This document shows, in pieces, positions 1-10,545 of a DNA stretch of 64,000 bases. The notes beneath the pieces are model-generated. The model was not told the DNA's origin. It saw only the letters and a program-made list of their open reading frames with translations, and did not search any database. Numbering within the stretch: the stretch's first letter is position 1; every line of letters starts with the position of its first letter. The position numbers and the translations under genes are program-made. This DNA comes from an uncultured virus (IMG/VR IMGVR_UViG_3300028392_000057) (Duplodnaviria > Heunggongvirae > Uroviricota > Caudoviricetes), in the IMG/VR virus record IMGVR_UViG_3300028392_000057, one strand, 5' to 3'.

Positions 1-19
1 CTGTGGTAACATCAACAGT

Positions 20-2563
20 TTGCTAGTGGGGTTATTTGAAGGTGGCTCTAACAATATAGCAATACAGACACAATCTGGTTATAATCCCTTCTCTGGTTGG
101 AATAATACATTAAACGTTTGGCAACATATTGCTGTAGTTCGTTCATCAGGTACAGTAACTATCTATCAGGACGGTGTAGCATTTAATTCTGTTTCCATAC
201 CAGATGATATTGCTTACGATCCTGCAAACGGTTATTTCCTAAGCATCGGTAGCCCAACAGTAGATGGTACAACAGGTACTGAAAGTATAAATTCGCAGTA
301 CGTTGGTTTAATAACAAATATGCGTTATGTTGTTGGTACAGCAGTTTACACTGGTAACTTTACACCAAGTACTGATCCACTAACTTTAATTCCGGGCACA
401 GAGTTGTTGCTACAAGTTGCAAATTCAGGTACACTTGCTGAAGCACTTTATATTGGAACCATAGCAAACAATTCATCTATTATTTCAAACGGTAATGCTT
501 GGACATTTGGCGGTGACGGCAATCTAACATTACCAAGTAATACATCAAGTATCAATTACGCTAATGGTAGTCCATATGGCGGTGGTGGCAATGCTAACAC
601 AGGTAATATCACATTCAATGACATTAATATCATTGGCACAGGTAACTTAAACTTACAACCAGATCCTGCTAACGCTGGTTCATATTTAGATATCTTCATA
701 TCATCTGGTCCAGACATTCACCTTGTTGCTAGCGCAAGTGCAAATCTTATATTAGGTAAAGACGAGCAATCTAATGTAATGACAAGTTGGGACGGCAATG
801 TTTATATACAGTCTTGGGATGTTAATACTAATACTCAAGGTGGTGTTTGGACATTTGGCGGAGATGGTAACTTAACATTACCAAATGATGCCACTATTTC
901 GGACTCTAGTAATGTCGCAAGTTTGAATGCCGGTGGGAACACCAGATTTGCACAATTATATTGGAATGGCAACATAGGAAATGGTAATCCCTACGATGGT
1001 AGTGATTATTATACTTGGGCATATACCAGTAATGTAGGATTTACGATACGGCATTTTAATAATAACACATCAACCGATAATGAGTGGAAATTTGGCATAG
1101 ATGGTAATCTAACATTACCCACAGGAACTCCTAGCATCAACTATGCTAATGGTAGCCCATATGGTGGAGGCGGTGGTGCTAACACAGGTAATGTGACATT
1201 TGACGACCAAGTGGTAGTAGGCACCGGAAGCAATGATGGCAGTGGCGGATTGTATCTAGCTCCTGGACTAGACAGCACAGCAAATCTACAATACTTAAGA
1301 GTTCGTGGTGGTGATGTTGCTTCACACATACATTTAGATACGGGCAACAACCGTTATTACGATCAATACTTTGGCGACGACAGCAAGTTTGTAAAACTGG
1401 AAGCTGACGGCAACGTAAAAATTGGTACTTCTGATTTCATCAGCAACTCAGCACAGTGGACATTTGGTGTGGATGGTAACTTAACATTACCAGCTAACAG
1501 CACTATAAAAAATAATGCAGAAGTAAGTTACGACGGTGGAGTTACTATACAAGTTAGTGACTTAGCTAATGCAGTGGTAGCAAGTCCTGGATCAATAGTT
1601 GGTAATACATATAACAATACTGGATTTACAAAAATTATATTTACTGATAGTACTTTATATAATGCATTAGTTACAGCCGGCATAGCGCCAGAAACAATAG
1701 TTGCTACAACATGGTCTAATGGTAGCACCACGCAACTTAACACTTATGTATATGTACAATTCCCAGGTAGTCCAAATACATTTTCACTTCGACCATGTGA
1801 TAGTAATGGAAATACTGTAGTAGGTGATTGGGTATTCCCTTCAGTAGTAGGTACTACTATACCGGCTAATGTAGCTATTACTTCAGTTAGCCCGTCTACA
1901 TTCCATATATGGAACTTTGTTTCTGATGGTAACTTGACTGTACCAAAAGCTATAGTTGGAGCAGGGTATTCTCGACTTGATATGGTTACTGATGGCCCTA
2001 ACACAGCATATCTTGGTACTACTAATAATGATACAACAGCCTTGTACCTTCAGAAAGACACGATACAACTGTATGCTAATACAGATGTGTATATTAGTGC
2101 TAATACTGGTGGAACAACTCAAGGTTGGACATTTGGTGCAGATGGTAACTTGACCTTACCAGTTACTGTATTAGATGTTGGATTGACCGAGCAGACTACA
2201 ATCCGTAGTCAGCGTAAGATTATTCCACCATACCATTGGAGCGCAATTATTAATAGTGCTTTCCCGGACCCAACTGTAGTGTACACTGCAACTAGTAGTG
2301 CAATAACTTCAATGAAAGTAACGGTTCAAGTTCAACACTCAGGATTCAGAATTGAGATGTTTGATGTGTCAGCGACCTATACAGGTAGTGATACTTATTA
2401 CTCAGTAAGTAATAGACTTAAGCCACCTACAATCACAGATACTACTGTGTTGGTTAACTTGAATGGTTCAGGTGTTATGCAGATTACATTAACAATTAAC
2501 TCAGGCTCTAAACCAGCTTATATAACATACGATGCAACAGAGTTTGGTATACCACAAGATTAA
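20..2563 (+). CDS. Tail fibre/virion adhesin-like protein with N-terminal LamG-like domain (5' end probably outside the window)
   Basis: WQHIAVVRSSGTVTIYQDG and ITNMRYVVGTAVYTGNFTP LamG-type motifs; repeated W(T/K/N)FGxDGNLTLP motif. Confidence 0.65.
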   Translation: MLVGLFEGGSNNIAIQTQSGYNPFSGWNNTLNVWQHIAVVRSSGTVTIYQDGVAFNSVSIPDDIAYDPANGYFLSIGSPTVDGTTGTESINSQYVGLITNMRYVVGTAVYTGNFTPSTDPLTLIPGTELLLQVANSGTLAEALYIGTIANNSSIISNGNAWTFGGDGNLTLPSNTSSINYANGSPYGGGGNANTGNITFNDINIIGTGNLNLQPDPANAGSYLDIFISSGPDIHLVASASANLILGKDEQSNVMTSWDGNVYIQSWDVNTNTQGGVWTFGGDGNLTLPNDATISDSSNVASLNAGGNTRFAQLYWNGNIGNGNPYDGSDYYTWAYTSNVGFTIRHFNNNTSTDNEWKFGIDGNLTLPTGTPSINYANGSPYGGGGGANTGNVTFDDQVVVGTGSNDGSGGLYLAPGLDSTANLQYLRVRGGDVASHIHLDTGNNRYYDQYFGDDSKFVKLEADGNVKIGTSDFISNSAQWTFGVDGNLTLPANSTIKNNAEVSYDGGVTIQVSDLANAVVASPGSIVGNTYNNTGFTKIIFTDSTLYNALVTAGIAPETIVATTWSNGSTTQLNTYVYVQFPGSPNTFSLRPCDSNGNTVVGDWVFPSVVGTTIPANVAITSVSPSTFHIWNFVSDGNLTVPKAIVGAGYSRLDMVTDGPNTAYLGTTNNDTTALYLQKDTIQLYANTDVYISANTGGTTQGWTFGADGNLTLPVTVLDVGLTEQTTIRSQRKIIPPYHWSAIINSAFPDPTVVYTATSSAITSMKVTVQVQHSGFRIEMFDVSATYTGSDTYYSVSNRLKPPTITDTTVLVNLNGSGVMQITLTINSGSKPAYITYDATEFGIPQD

Positions 2564-2584
2564 TAAGAATAAGGAAAAATAAAA

Positions 2585-4090
2585 ATGTCAGCAAATTTAA
2601 TACCAATCACATCAGACGGTGGATTTACTACAGCAGGAAACATTACGGGTAATATCGCAAATGTATATGCTATGAACATATCTCAAAGTATTACTTGGTC
2701 CGGTGATTCATCAGTTTATGAAGATACTAGCCTCGTGCTCCAAGGTAATGTTTCGGTAAGTATTACTTCTCCTAATACAACTCAAATTACTGCTAATACA
2801 AGCACTTGGAGTTTTGACAATACTGGTAACTTAACTATCCCGGGTAATCTTGTAATAACAGGCAACACTAGTGTATTTGGATCAAATGTTGCATTATTAC
2901 AATCGAATCCTGATCTACCATTACTATCAATATCAAGTGGTAGTAACGGTGGTACATCAAGTCTCTGGGTAGAAAATATCGGCGGTATCGGCAGTAGTAA
3001 CATAGCGGCAGTATATACCAATCCTACAGTAGGGTCAGGTATTGTTAGAATAGCAGTAGGACAAAATGGTGGCAACAGTGGTCCTAATCTATGGGACTTT
3101 AATGCTAACGGTAGTATATCATTCCCTGATAGTTCAGTTCAAACCACTGCTTATACAGGTGGCTTTGGTGGTAACACGGACTGGGCTAATATTGGTAATA
3201 TTAACAATACTAATGGGCCTACAAAACTAGCTATAGGTCAAAATGCTGGCTCAAACACGCAAGGCAATAGTGCAGTAGCAATTGGAATTGACGCAGGCGA
3301 AAACAACCAGGGTTTTATTTCAATAGCAATTGGAGCAGGTGCTGGTGGTAATGGTCAAGGCCAAGCCGCAGTGGCCATTGGTACAGACACTGGAGCTAAT
3401 ATACAAGGTATTGAAGCAATAGCTATTGGCTTTAAGGCCGGTAATCAAGGCCAAGGTCAGCAATCTATAGCAATTGGTGCAAAAGCTGGTAACGTTAATC
3501 AAGGCAACAATTCAATCATATTGAATGCTACTGGTAATCCGTTGGATCAAACAACAGCCAATACATTCACAGTATCACCAGTCCGCAATGATACTTCAAA
3601 TATTGCTGAAGTTATGTTCTACAATGCTACTAGCAAAGAAGTTACATACGGTAACACAATAAGCGTTGCAGGGAATGTGACTGCTAACAACTTTATTGGT
3701 AATGGAAGTCAACTTACTGGTATTCCTACACAAACAACAGGTAATTGGACACTTACACCTGGAGTTAACACAGCGAATATTAATGTTCCAACAAGTGGCA
3801 CTTACTCAATTTGGATTAACGGTAATATTCCAAACGGTATTATAACATATACTGCTACTGCGGTCGTTACAAATACAAATGTACCAGTGCTAGGTGAACA
3901 ATATGGTTGGTATTATTTAGCAGGAAATGCATTAGTACTTACATCAATACCAAATCAGTTTGTTGGAACACAGGGTGTAATTAGCAATGCGGCACCTTAC
4001 TCAGGCAACACAGCCAATGTATTTACATTTGGTATCACTAACAACAGCGGTGCTAACGCTGTTGTTAGTTATGGTTATACAAAACTATAA
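2585..4090 (+). CDS. Fibre protein with YadA-head-like (AIAIG) repeats
   Basis: Tandem QGxxAVAIGxxAG repeats; N/G/T/S-rich composition; AAGGA RBS. Confidence 0.6.
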   Translation: MSANLIPITSDGGFTTAGNITGNIANVYAMNISQSITWSGDSSVYEDTSLVLQGNVSVSITSPNTTQITANTSTWSFDNTGNLTIPGNLVITGNTSVFGSNVALLQSNPDLPLLSISSGSNGGTSSLWVENIGGIGSSNIAAVYTNPTVGSGIVRIAVGQNGGNSGPNLWDFNANGSISFPDSSVQTTAYTGGFGGNTDWANIGNINNTNGPTKLAIGQNAGSNTQGNSAVAIGIDAGENNQGFISIAIGAGAGGNGQGQAAVAIGTDTGANIQGIEAIAIGFKAGNQGQGQQSIAIGAKAGNVNQGNNSIILNATGNPLDQTTANTFTVSPVRNDTSNIAEVMFYNATSKEVTYGNTISVAGNVTANNFIGNGSQLTGIPTQTTGNWTLTPGVNTANINVPTSGTYSIWINGNIPNGIITYTATAVVTNTNVPVLGEQYGWYYLAGNALVLTSIPNQFVGTQGVISNAAPYSGNTANVFTFGITNNSGANAVVSYGYTKL

Positions 4091-4127
4091 AAGTTAGTTA
4101 TAAGTTAAATAGACAAAAGGGTATAAC

Positions 4128-4865
4128 ATGGTAGCACCGGGAATAAGAATAGGCGAAGGAATAGATATCGGGGGCGGTATCGACATAGGTAGCGCAGGCC
4201 CTGTTGCGAACTTATTGTTGAGTTTAGATGCAGGCAACCCTGCAAGTTATCCTGGAGCAGGGGGCTACTCTACCTGGACTGACACCATTGGATCAATGAC
4301 ATTTACTCTTGTTAATGGTCCCACATACAACAGTGCCAACGGTGGATACATACAGTTCGATCCTGGTTCAGGACAGTATGCAGCCAGCCCTACAAACTTA
4401 GGTACACTTGCTAACTGGAGTATTGAAGCGTGGCATTACTATGATGGTACTAATACTTCTGCTGGCCCCAACATATTCACAGAATACCCATACGGCGGCG
4501 GCACTATCAATCTTGGACTGGGTGCCAACGGTGCTGATACTGATTTACAGGCATGGTATTATAGTGCGGGATTTCAAACTACTCCGTCTGGGTACTCACT
4601 AACACCCGGTGCCTGGTATCAGATTGTGGGCACATTTAATGGCACTACTCTCAACTTGTATGTAAACAACACCCTGGTACAGACGGCCAATGCTCCACCC
4701 GGTGCCGCTGCCAACCCTGGAATCGGGTATGGATTGATGACTCGTTGGGATTCAGGTGGGTTCTGGGGCGGCCGATTGGCCATTGTCAAAGTATATGATA
4801 ATGCTATTGGTCAGTCAGGAGTTACTACCAGCTGGAATGCTAACAAAGCAAGATTTGGTTTATAA
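4128..4865 (+). CDS. Concanavalin A/LamG-like domain virion protein
   Basis: LLLSLDAGNPASYPG start, WYQIVGTFNGTTLNLYVN, and WNANKARFGL end typical of this phage family. Confidence 0.7.
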   Translation: MVAPGIRIGEGIDIGGGIDIGSAGPVANLLLSLDAGNPASYPGAGGYSTWTDTIGSMTFTLVNGPTYNSANGGYIQFDPGSGQYAASPTNLGTLANWSIEAWHYYDGTNTSAGPNIFTEYPYGGGTINLGLGANGADTDLQAWYYSAGFQTTPSGYSLTPGAWYQIVGTFNGTTLNLYVNNTLVQTANAPPGAAANPGIGYGLMTRWDSGGFWGGRLAIVKVYDNAIGQSGVTTSWNANKARFGL

Positions 4866-4868
4866 AAT

Positions 4869-5705
4869 ATGAAGCAAGATCCTCGCACGATTATAAACAC
4901 GGACGAGGATCATACCTTTAATAAGCCTGTCACTAAAAAAATCAAAGTTAGGACACTTGCAAACAAACTCAATTTGCAATGGGTACCTGATAAATTAGAT
5001 AGTAGAGATTACAAATACCAACTAACAACAAAGACAAGTCCTAATAGTATTGATTTAAGAAATTATTGTAGTCCAATCGAAAATCAAGGTAGTCTTGGAA
5101 GCTGTACTGGACAGGCAATTGCCGGCGCAATAGAATTATTAAACAAACGCAATGGCAACTATAGGGATATCAGTAGACTGTTCATATACTATTATGAACG
5201 ATTAATATTAGGTACAGTTAATTATGATAGCGGTGCTTATATACGTGATGGTATCAAAGCAACTAATAAATATGGAGCAAGCTTAGAAAGTTATTGGCCG
5301 TATGATATTAAGAAATACAGGTATGAACCAATCATTGAAGCAAAAAATGATGCACTAAATCGTAAGGTAACTCGCTATGAACGTATAGCCGATTTAGAAG
5401 GCTTTATAGATGCATTGTCAAATGGATATCCAATCATTATGGGTTTCAATGTCTATACAAGTTTTATGTCAAATAATGTTGCTAGAACAGGTGTCATGCC
5501 TTATCCAAATACAAAACGTGAAGTACTATTAGGTGGTCATGCTGTATTGATTGTTGGATACAATAAAAGTAAAAAAGTATTGATTGCAAGAAACAGTTGG
5601 GGAACTAATTGGGGTGATAATGGATATTTCTATATGCCATTTGATATCATCAGTCCATCAATGAGCGATGATTACTGGATTATCAAATCAGTTAATAACC
5701 CATAA
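4869..5705 (+). CDS. Papain-family (C1A) cysteine protease
   Basis: NQGSLGSCTG catalytic Cys, GGHAVLIVGY His, RNSWGTNWGDNGYF Asn motif. Confidence 0.9.
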   Translation: MKQDPRTIINTDEDHTFNKPVTKKIKVRTLANKLNLQWVPDKLDSRDYKYQLTTKTSPNSIDLRNYCSPIENQGSLGSCTGQAIAGAIELLNKRNGNYRDISRLFIYYYERLILGTVNYDSGAYIRDGIKATNKYGASLESYWPYDIKKYRYEPIIEAKNDALNRKVTRYERIADLEGFIDALSNGYPIIMGFNVYTSFMSNNVARTGVMPYPNTKREVLLGGHAVLIVGYNKSKKVLIARNSWGTNWGDNGYFYMPFDIISPSMSDDYWIIKSVNNP

Positions 5706-5730
5706 AAATGCCCCAATTAAGGGGCATTTT
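5704..5730. terminator. Bidirectional intrinsic terminator between convergent gene blocks
   Basis: AAAAATGCCCC-AATTAA-GGGGCATTTT inverted repeat flanked by A/T tracts. Confidence 0.85.
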
Positions 5731-5942
5731 TATTTCATCTTCTCTAGCATATAAGTTGTGAATTTGTTTTCACACATTGCCGGAATCTCAACGAATGGAT
5801 CCTCTAAATAGAATGGACAACCATTCTTCCATTTGCCTTTCTGTTTAAAGTATTTAAATTCTAGCAAATCTTTTTTATTTGCTGGATTAAATTCTCTACG
5901 AGGATTAAATGAGCGGCGAAATGTAGATAAATTCATGTTCAT
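5730..5942 (-). CDS. Hypothetical protein
   Basis: 70-aa ORF in the minus-strand run. Confidence 0.7.
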   Translation of the reverse strand: MNMNLSTFRRSFNPRREFNPANKKDLLEFKYFKQKGKWKNGCPFYLEDPFVEIPAMCENKFTTYMLEKMK

Positions 5943-5967
5943 AGTAAGAGGGCCTAAGCCCTATTAA

Positions 5968-6348
5968 TTATTCAGCAATAGCAGACAATACATCTTCTGC
6001 GGACACTTGTGATTTTTTAGCACGTGCTTTAATTGCATCAATGCTTGGCTTTGTTTTGGAAGCTTTTACTTTAACTTCACCTTTACTTGCCTCTTTAGTT
6101 TTATCTTCTAGTGTATCACTGATAGTTGCCTGATCGCTTGCGCTAGCAAACTCAGGTAATGTAGCAAGATACTTCAATGCTTCTACCTTAGTCATTTCTG
6201 AAGGTAGCTCAACAAAGTCCACACGTGAAGCACCACCTTTAGTGAACTGCTTGATACGACGGACCATGTCATCTGTGAAACGAACTTTAGCGTTACCATT
6301 GTGAATAGTAATACCAGCGATTTTGAAAGTTTGATTAGAATTAGCCAT
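5968..6348 (-). CDS. Hypothetical protein
   Basis: AAGGA RBS; upstream sigma70 promoter at 6413-6441. Confidence 0.8.
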   Translation of the reverse strand: MANSNQTFKIAGITIHNGNAKVRFTDDMVRRIKQFTKGGASRVDFVELPSEMTKVEALKYLATLPEFASASDQATISDTLEDKTKEASKGEVKVKASKTKPSIDAIKARAKKSQVSAEDVLSAIAE

Positions 6349-6561
6349 TGTGTTTCCTTTAAATAAAAGCTAAGTTTAAAAAATGTGCCGATAACTTCTC
6401 AGCACTGTTATAATGATAACACAAACGGACATTGTTGTCAACCATTGTGTTACCCATTATTAGTTGTTCTTCCACAATAGTGAAAGACCTATTAAGACTA
6501 GCGATAGCCAGCCGATTGATTCAGCGTGGGTACCAATAAATGTAAAGATTTTTTCTAACAT

Positions 6562-6978
6562 TTATTTTTCCAAACTATAGGGCTTGTCCCATTTGCCAAT
6601 GTTAACATCGACATAGTAGGCAGTGTTGAAATAGTCAATCATTGCATCGGATTCGTCATACCAATCGGCCGACTTCAATGCTTTGAATGCTTCAGTTAAG
6701 AAAGATTTAGCCTTGCCATCATAGTGATCCTGAAACCAGTAAGGATTCACCTGATCGTAACCATTTGTAGTAGGTTTGAAGCCACGTTGTACCTGATAAA
6801 AGTCATTACCGCAAACCCGATTACTGTTGCCAATAAAGTCAATAGCACCCGATTTGAGCGTTAATACAATAGTACTATGATTGCGGACACTCAGTGAGCC
6901 TTTAACTTTGTACTTAGCCATTATGGGCTTAAGCATTTTAGTAATCTTTGCTTTGCGTTCCTGATTCATATAAGCCAT
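6562..6978 (-). CDS. Conserved phage early protein (DAMIDYF motif, possibly LPD29-like)
   Basis: RBS and promoter upstream; YDESDAMIDYFNTAYY motif. Confidence 0.65.
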   Translation of the reverse strand: MAYMNQERKAKITKMLKPIMAKYKVKGSLSVRNHSTIVLTLKSGAIDFIGNSNRVCGNDFYQVQRGFKPTTNGYDQVNPYWFQDHYDGKAKSFLTEAFKALKSADWYDESDAMIDYFNTAYYVDVNIGKWDKPYSLEK

Positions 6979-7010
6979 TTTGTTTCCTTTTCTTTACTGT
7001 CTAAGATTCT

Positions 7011-7039
7011 ATTATAACACCAAATCCATTTATTGTCAA
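7011..7039 (-). promoter_or_regulatory. Sigma70-type early promoter
   Basis: TTGACA-17 nt-TATAAT. Confidence 0.85.
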
Positions 7040-7040
7040 G

Positions 7041-7172
7041 TTATTGTTCCATCGGGTCACCAAGAAAATACTCGGTGACATAGGTGACAACAATATCTTT
7101 GCCAGAATGAATCTTTAAGTATTCACCTAGTGCTTCAACACTTCTAAACAAATAACCATTTGCTTTGTACAT
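7041..7172 (-). CDS. Small hypothetical protein, 43 aa (MYKANGYLFRSVEALGEYLK...)
   Basis: ORF between two duplicated promoter+RBS cassettes; absent from the ORF track. Confidence 0.65.
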   Translation of the reverse strand: MYKANGYLFRSVEALGEYLKIHSGKDIVVTYVTEYFLGDPMEQ

Positions 7173-7204
7173 TTCTATTCCTTTTCTTTACTGTCTAAGA
7201 TTCT

Positions 7205-7233
7205 ATTGTATACCCAAACCGATTTATTGTCAA
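7205..7233 (-). promoter_or_regulatory. Sigma70-type early promoter
   Basis: TTGACA-17 nt-TACAAT; leader nearly identical to that of the 7011 promoter. Confidence 0.8.
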
Positions 7234-7411
7234 CCTTTTTAAGAATTTATTGTCCTAAAAGGACTAAATTCTTCAGTCTGACCTTCAATAGATTCTACTA
7301 CATCATAGATAAAAATCACCGGTACATCAAGCACCGCGGAGATAGTTGCAGGATGTGTGCCTTTGTCAAGCATTTCCTCAATCTCCATATACAGATTAGC
7401 CATCTTGCTCA

Positions 7412-7687
7412 TTACAATACCTCCAACATGTTAGCGGGCACTTTCCAACTACGGAACTGACCCGGCTGATCTACAATAATAAATTTACGATTGATTTTCT
7501 TTACAACACCGGAGATTGTACCACGGGTTGAACTTGTGAATTTCACATTGGAACCGATCGTCAATGCCGATTTGTTTCGTACTACTAGTTGGGCACGGGC
7601 AAAACGCATTGCATCACCGATGCTATTCAATTCTTCGTTAGTGAAGTCACCCTGCATGATAGCAGTATTAATTTGCTTGATGTTCAT
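7412..7687 (-). CDS. Hypothetical protein (possible SH3/KOW-like)
   Basis: AAGGAG RBS; promoter at 7717-7745. Confidence 0.75.
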   Translation of the reverse strand: MNIKQINTAIMQGDFTNEELNSIGDAMRFARAQLVVRNKSALTIGSNVKFTSSTRGTISGVVKKINRKFIIVDQPGQFRSWKVPANMLEVL

Positions 7688-7716
7688 TTGAACTCCTTTT
7701 GACTGAATAAGACTCT

Positions 7717-7745
7717 ATTATATACCCAACACCATTTGTTGTCAA
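7717..7745 (-). promoter_or_regulatory. Sigma70-type early promoter
   Basis: TTGACA-17 nt-TATAAT. Confidence 0.85.
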
Positions 7746-7933
7746 ATTTCGTTGAGTTTTGGATGTTTGGGTTTACGAATGTACAGACCTTTTTTGGACT
7801 GTACGACCTTAGGTTTGAACGGAGTGTTGCTAGAAAACAACACTTTGTGGGCCCGATGTTTGGGCTGTTCAACAGTAAAAGATAAGATTTTTCGTTTCAT
7901 AATGCATATTATAGCATAGGAAACGTATTTATG

Positions 7934-9262
7934 TCAACTAAAATTTTGTAGTTCTAGTTTTATAGATTCTAGTACAGTATCCCATGTACCATTTGTTTGA
8001 CGGAACAACCTCATACAACTGTAGAATGGGCTATCATTTCGGTTCATAAACCATCGCCAATCACAACCGTAATCAGTTAACATCACCCATGTGGGTATAC
8101 CAAGTGCTCCGGATAAGTGTGGTATAACGGTATCAATTGATATCACTAAATCTAATTGGCTAATCAATCCTGCTGTATTGTAGAAGCCTGATATATTTTC
8201 ATGGAATGTTTTAACATTGTATTTTGCTAACAATTCTAATATTTGTTCATCTACTTCATATGATAGACTAACGAATTCATATTCATCACTTACAATTGAC
8301 AATAACTTTTCTAACTCTATCCTACGAAAACGAGATATGAATGCAACCTTATTTGGACTAGATAGTAACCCAATACGTTTCTTTGTTTTAGGGCCTAATA
8401 GTTGTTTCCATGTTTGTTTCATTCCTTCATCTACATCCAAATATGCAGATGGACTAGGTATAGTATTAATTGTAGTACCAAAGCATTTGGGAAGATCCAT
8501 CAGTGCTACATGAAAATTATATACAGGTAAGTGTTCATCTGCATTTAATACTAACAAATCAGGAAAATTAAACTTAAACAAATCATACAATTGAGGTTTA
8601 GTTATCAATAAAACGATAGCACCTTTTTGTTTTAATACGTTAATGAAACGAATAAATTGTATGCTATCACCAAACCCTTGTTCATAATATACCAATACTC
8701 TTTTATTCACAATGTCTTGTGAACCATCATATTCGGGACCGGGTAAATTAGGTTTAAAACTGATATCACTTTGATAATACCAACGAGCATTGTATTTTTT
8801 CCAACCTTCAACTAAATCACCTTTCATCAAATGACACACTGATTCATTCAATTCATAGTTTACATCATTTGGTTTTAGTTCTTGTGCTATTTTTAAGAAT
8901 GGTACAGCAAGTTCAGGTAATCCAAACTCACGTAATGTATTCCCGTAGTTACTGTATGCAGTGGGATGTTTAGGATCCAATGCAAATGTATGTGCAAAGG
9001 TAATTAATGCTTCTTTGTATCTACCCAGATTACGCAAGGCGGTACCGCGACTAAGCCAACTCTCTGCATAATCATGTTTACAAGGTAATTCAAAACATTC
9101 TAATGCTTCTTGATCCTGTCCTAGTTGACAAAGAGCGATACCAAGATTATGTAATGCTACATAATTTTCTGGCTCTTGTTGTAAAAATCTTTTATAACAT
9201 TCTGTGGCTTCATAATATTCTTTAGCCATATAGTGAATGTTACCTTGCTCAAAGTCATTCAT
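7934..9262 (-). CDS. TPR-repeat glycosyltransferase (GT9-like C-terminus)
   Basis: N-terminal TPRs (ALHNLGIAL, AYSNYGNTL); EQGFGDSIQFIRF, LDLVISIDT and CDWRW motifs. Confidence 0.85.
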   Translation of the reverse strand: MNDFEQGNIHYMAKEYYEATECYKRFLQQEPENYVALHNLGIALCQLGQDQEALECFELPCKHDYAESWLSRGTALRNLGRYKEALITFAHTFALDPKHPTAYSNYGNTLREFGLPELAVPFLKIAQELKPNDVNYELNESVCHLMKGDLVEGWKKYNARWYYQSDISFKPNLPGPEYDGSQDIVNKRVLVYYEQGFGDSIQFIRFINVLKQKGAIVLLITKPQLYDLFKFNFPDLLVLNADEHLPVYNFHVALMDLPKCFGTTINTIPSPSAYLDVDEGMKQTWKQLLGPKTKKRIGLLSSPNKVAFISRFRRIELEKLLSIVSDEYEFVSLSYEVDEQILELLAKYNVKTFHENISGFYNTAGLISQLDLVISIDTVIPHLSGALGIPTWVMLTDYGCDWRWFMNRNDSPFYSCMRLFRQTNGTWDTVLESIKLELQNFS

Positions 9263-9549
9263 GGTATAGAGATATTAACTTGTTTTACTTTTTTAAGAGT
9301 GAAACTGCGCCACTCATTCTTTTCTAAATCAAACACACGCATACTTGTAGTTGATTCTTTACGAGTTTTTGCACCTTCTTTGATTTCAACTTTAGGTAAT
9401 TTATCTTCTTCTAGTGTACATTGCATTACACGGTCAGTGCCATCGGCTTTGGTAAACGTAACGGTAGCAGGACCTAGACGTAGCATCCCATTTAGCCATT
9501 CACTGAATTTAGTCCAATCACTATCAGTCCAAGTTTCTTGAATATTCAT
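9259..9549 (-). CDS. SH3-barrel protein (WYL_2/DUF2693-like)
   Basis: VTFTKADGTDRVMQCTL...VFDLEKNEWRSF motif of T4-like phage proteins. Confidence 0.75.
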   Translation of the reverse strand: MNIQETWTDSDWTKFSEWLNGMLRLGPATVTFTKADGTDRVMQCTLEEDKLPKVEIKEGAKTRKESTTSMRVFDLEKNEWRSFTLKKVKQVNISIP

Positions 9550-9917
9550 TTAATTTCCTCTGAGGGTAAGCAACCAAACACAACGAATGGTATAAGATTT
9601 AAAGGTGTGGGTAATAATAGTGTAATAGCAAACCAAGGATTTACACCGGCGTCATTGCAACGTCTAATAGCGGTTGCAATCCACATCCAAAATGCTAGTA
9701 CACTACCTACACAAACTATTGCCAATGCGGATATCCACCCAATAAAGCCAATCAGTAACAGTGTGAATGGCGTGCTAATTAGTGCAACTACTGTTGCTAA
9801 TAAACCCACTAACATAATTAGCAATACACCAATTAAGTACACACCCCAATATTCACTGCGTGAGGCTTTACCCTCAAACGCAAAGTATTTTTTATATTTT
9901 TCTATTTTAGATAACAT
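9546..9917 (-). CDS. DUF805 inner membrane protein
   Basis: FEGKASRSEYW and AIRRCNDAG motifs; transmembrane segments. Confidence 0.85.
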   Translation of the reverse strand: MLSKIEKYKKYFAFEGKASRSEYWGVYLIGVLLIMLVGLLATVVALISTPFTLLLIGFIGWISALAIVCVGSVLAFWMWIATAIRRCNDAGVNPWFAITLLLPTPLNLIPFVVFGCLPSEEIK

Positions 9918-10218
9918 CTTCTTCTTTCCAAAGTGTAAAAAAAGTATTTATTTTTTGTTCTTCATTCCAAGATTTGGTGTAGTCATTATCTTTATCGCAC
10001 AAAAATAATGCTTCATCTTTAGTAACAACACGATGGCTTACAATCAGTTCGCCGATATGTTCTTGGCTAAATTCTTTTGCCTCTTCCATAGTAACTGTAT
10101 CTAAGGCCCAGTCAATTTTGTCTTTGCCGTAGTTATCAGTACCGATAGGAACTTCAACCATGTAACGTTGACGGAATGTGTTTACCGTTTCCACTAATAC
10201 CCATTGTGTTTGTGTCAT
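9907..10218 (-). CDS. Hypothetical protein
   Basis: Translationally coupled ORF in operon. Confidence 0.7.
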   Translation of the reverse strand: MTQTQWVLVETVNTFRQRYMVEVPIGTDNYGKDKIDWALDTVTMEEAKEFSQEHIGELIVSHRVVTKDEALFLCDKDNDYTKSWNEEQKINTFFTLWKEEDVI

Positions 10219-10502
10219 ATAACCATCCTTAATAATCCAATACTATCAATTGTGGTCAACAATAGATAGTTAGCCAGCATGCCAAAAGATTTCCTAGTCC
10301 AACTAGCCCAAGCATACAAAGCACAGCCAGTGATCCAAACAGGATAAAGAGTAAGAAGCGGTGGATTGGGTACTGTGAGTGCCATAGTAATACTGCAACC
10401 AATACTAATAGCCCATGCAAGAAGCTCAATAACAAAGCGAATTCTGTTAGACTTAAAGTCATCTTTTATCCACGAAAAAATACCATAAAAAATATCGTTC
10501 AT
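10215..10502 (-). CDS. Hypothetical membrane protein
   Basis: Three hydrophobic segments. Confidence 0.7.
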   Translation of the reverse strand: MNDIFYGIFSWIKDDFKSNRIRFVIELLAWAISIGCSITMALTVPNPPLLTLYPVWITGCALYAWASWTRKSFGMLANYLLLTTIDSIGLLRMVI

Positions 10503-10545
10503 AATATATTATACACTATGAACGATACAATAGCAAATAATTTGG

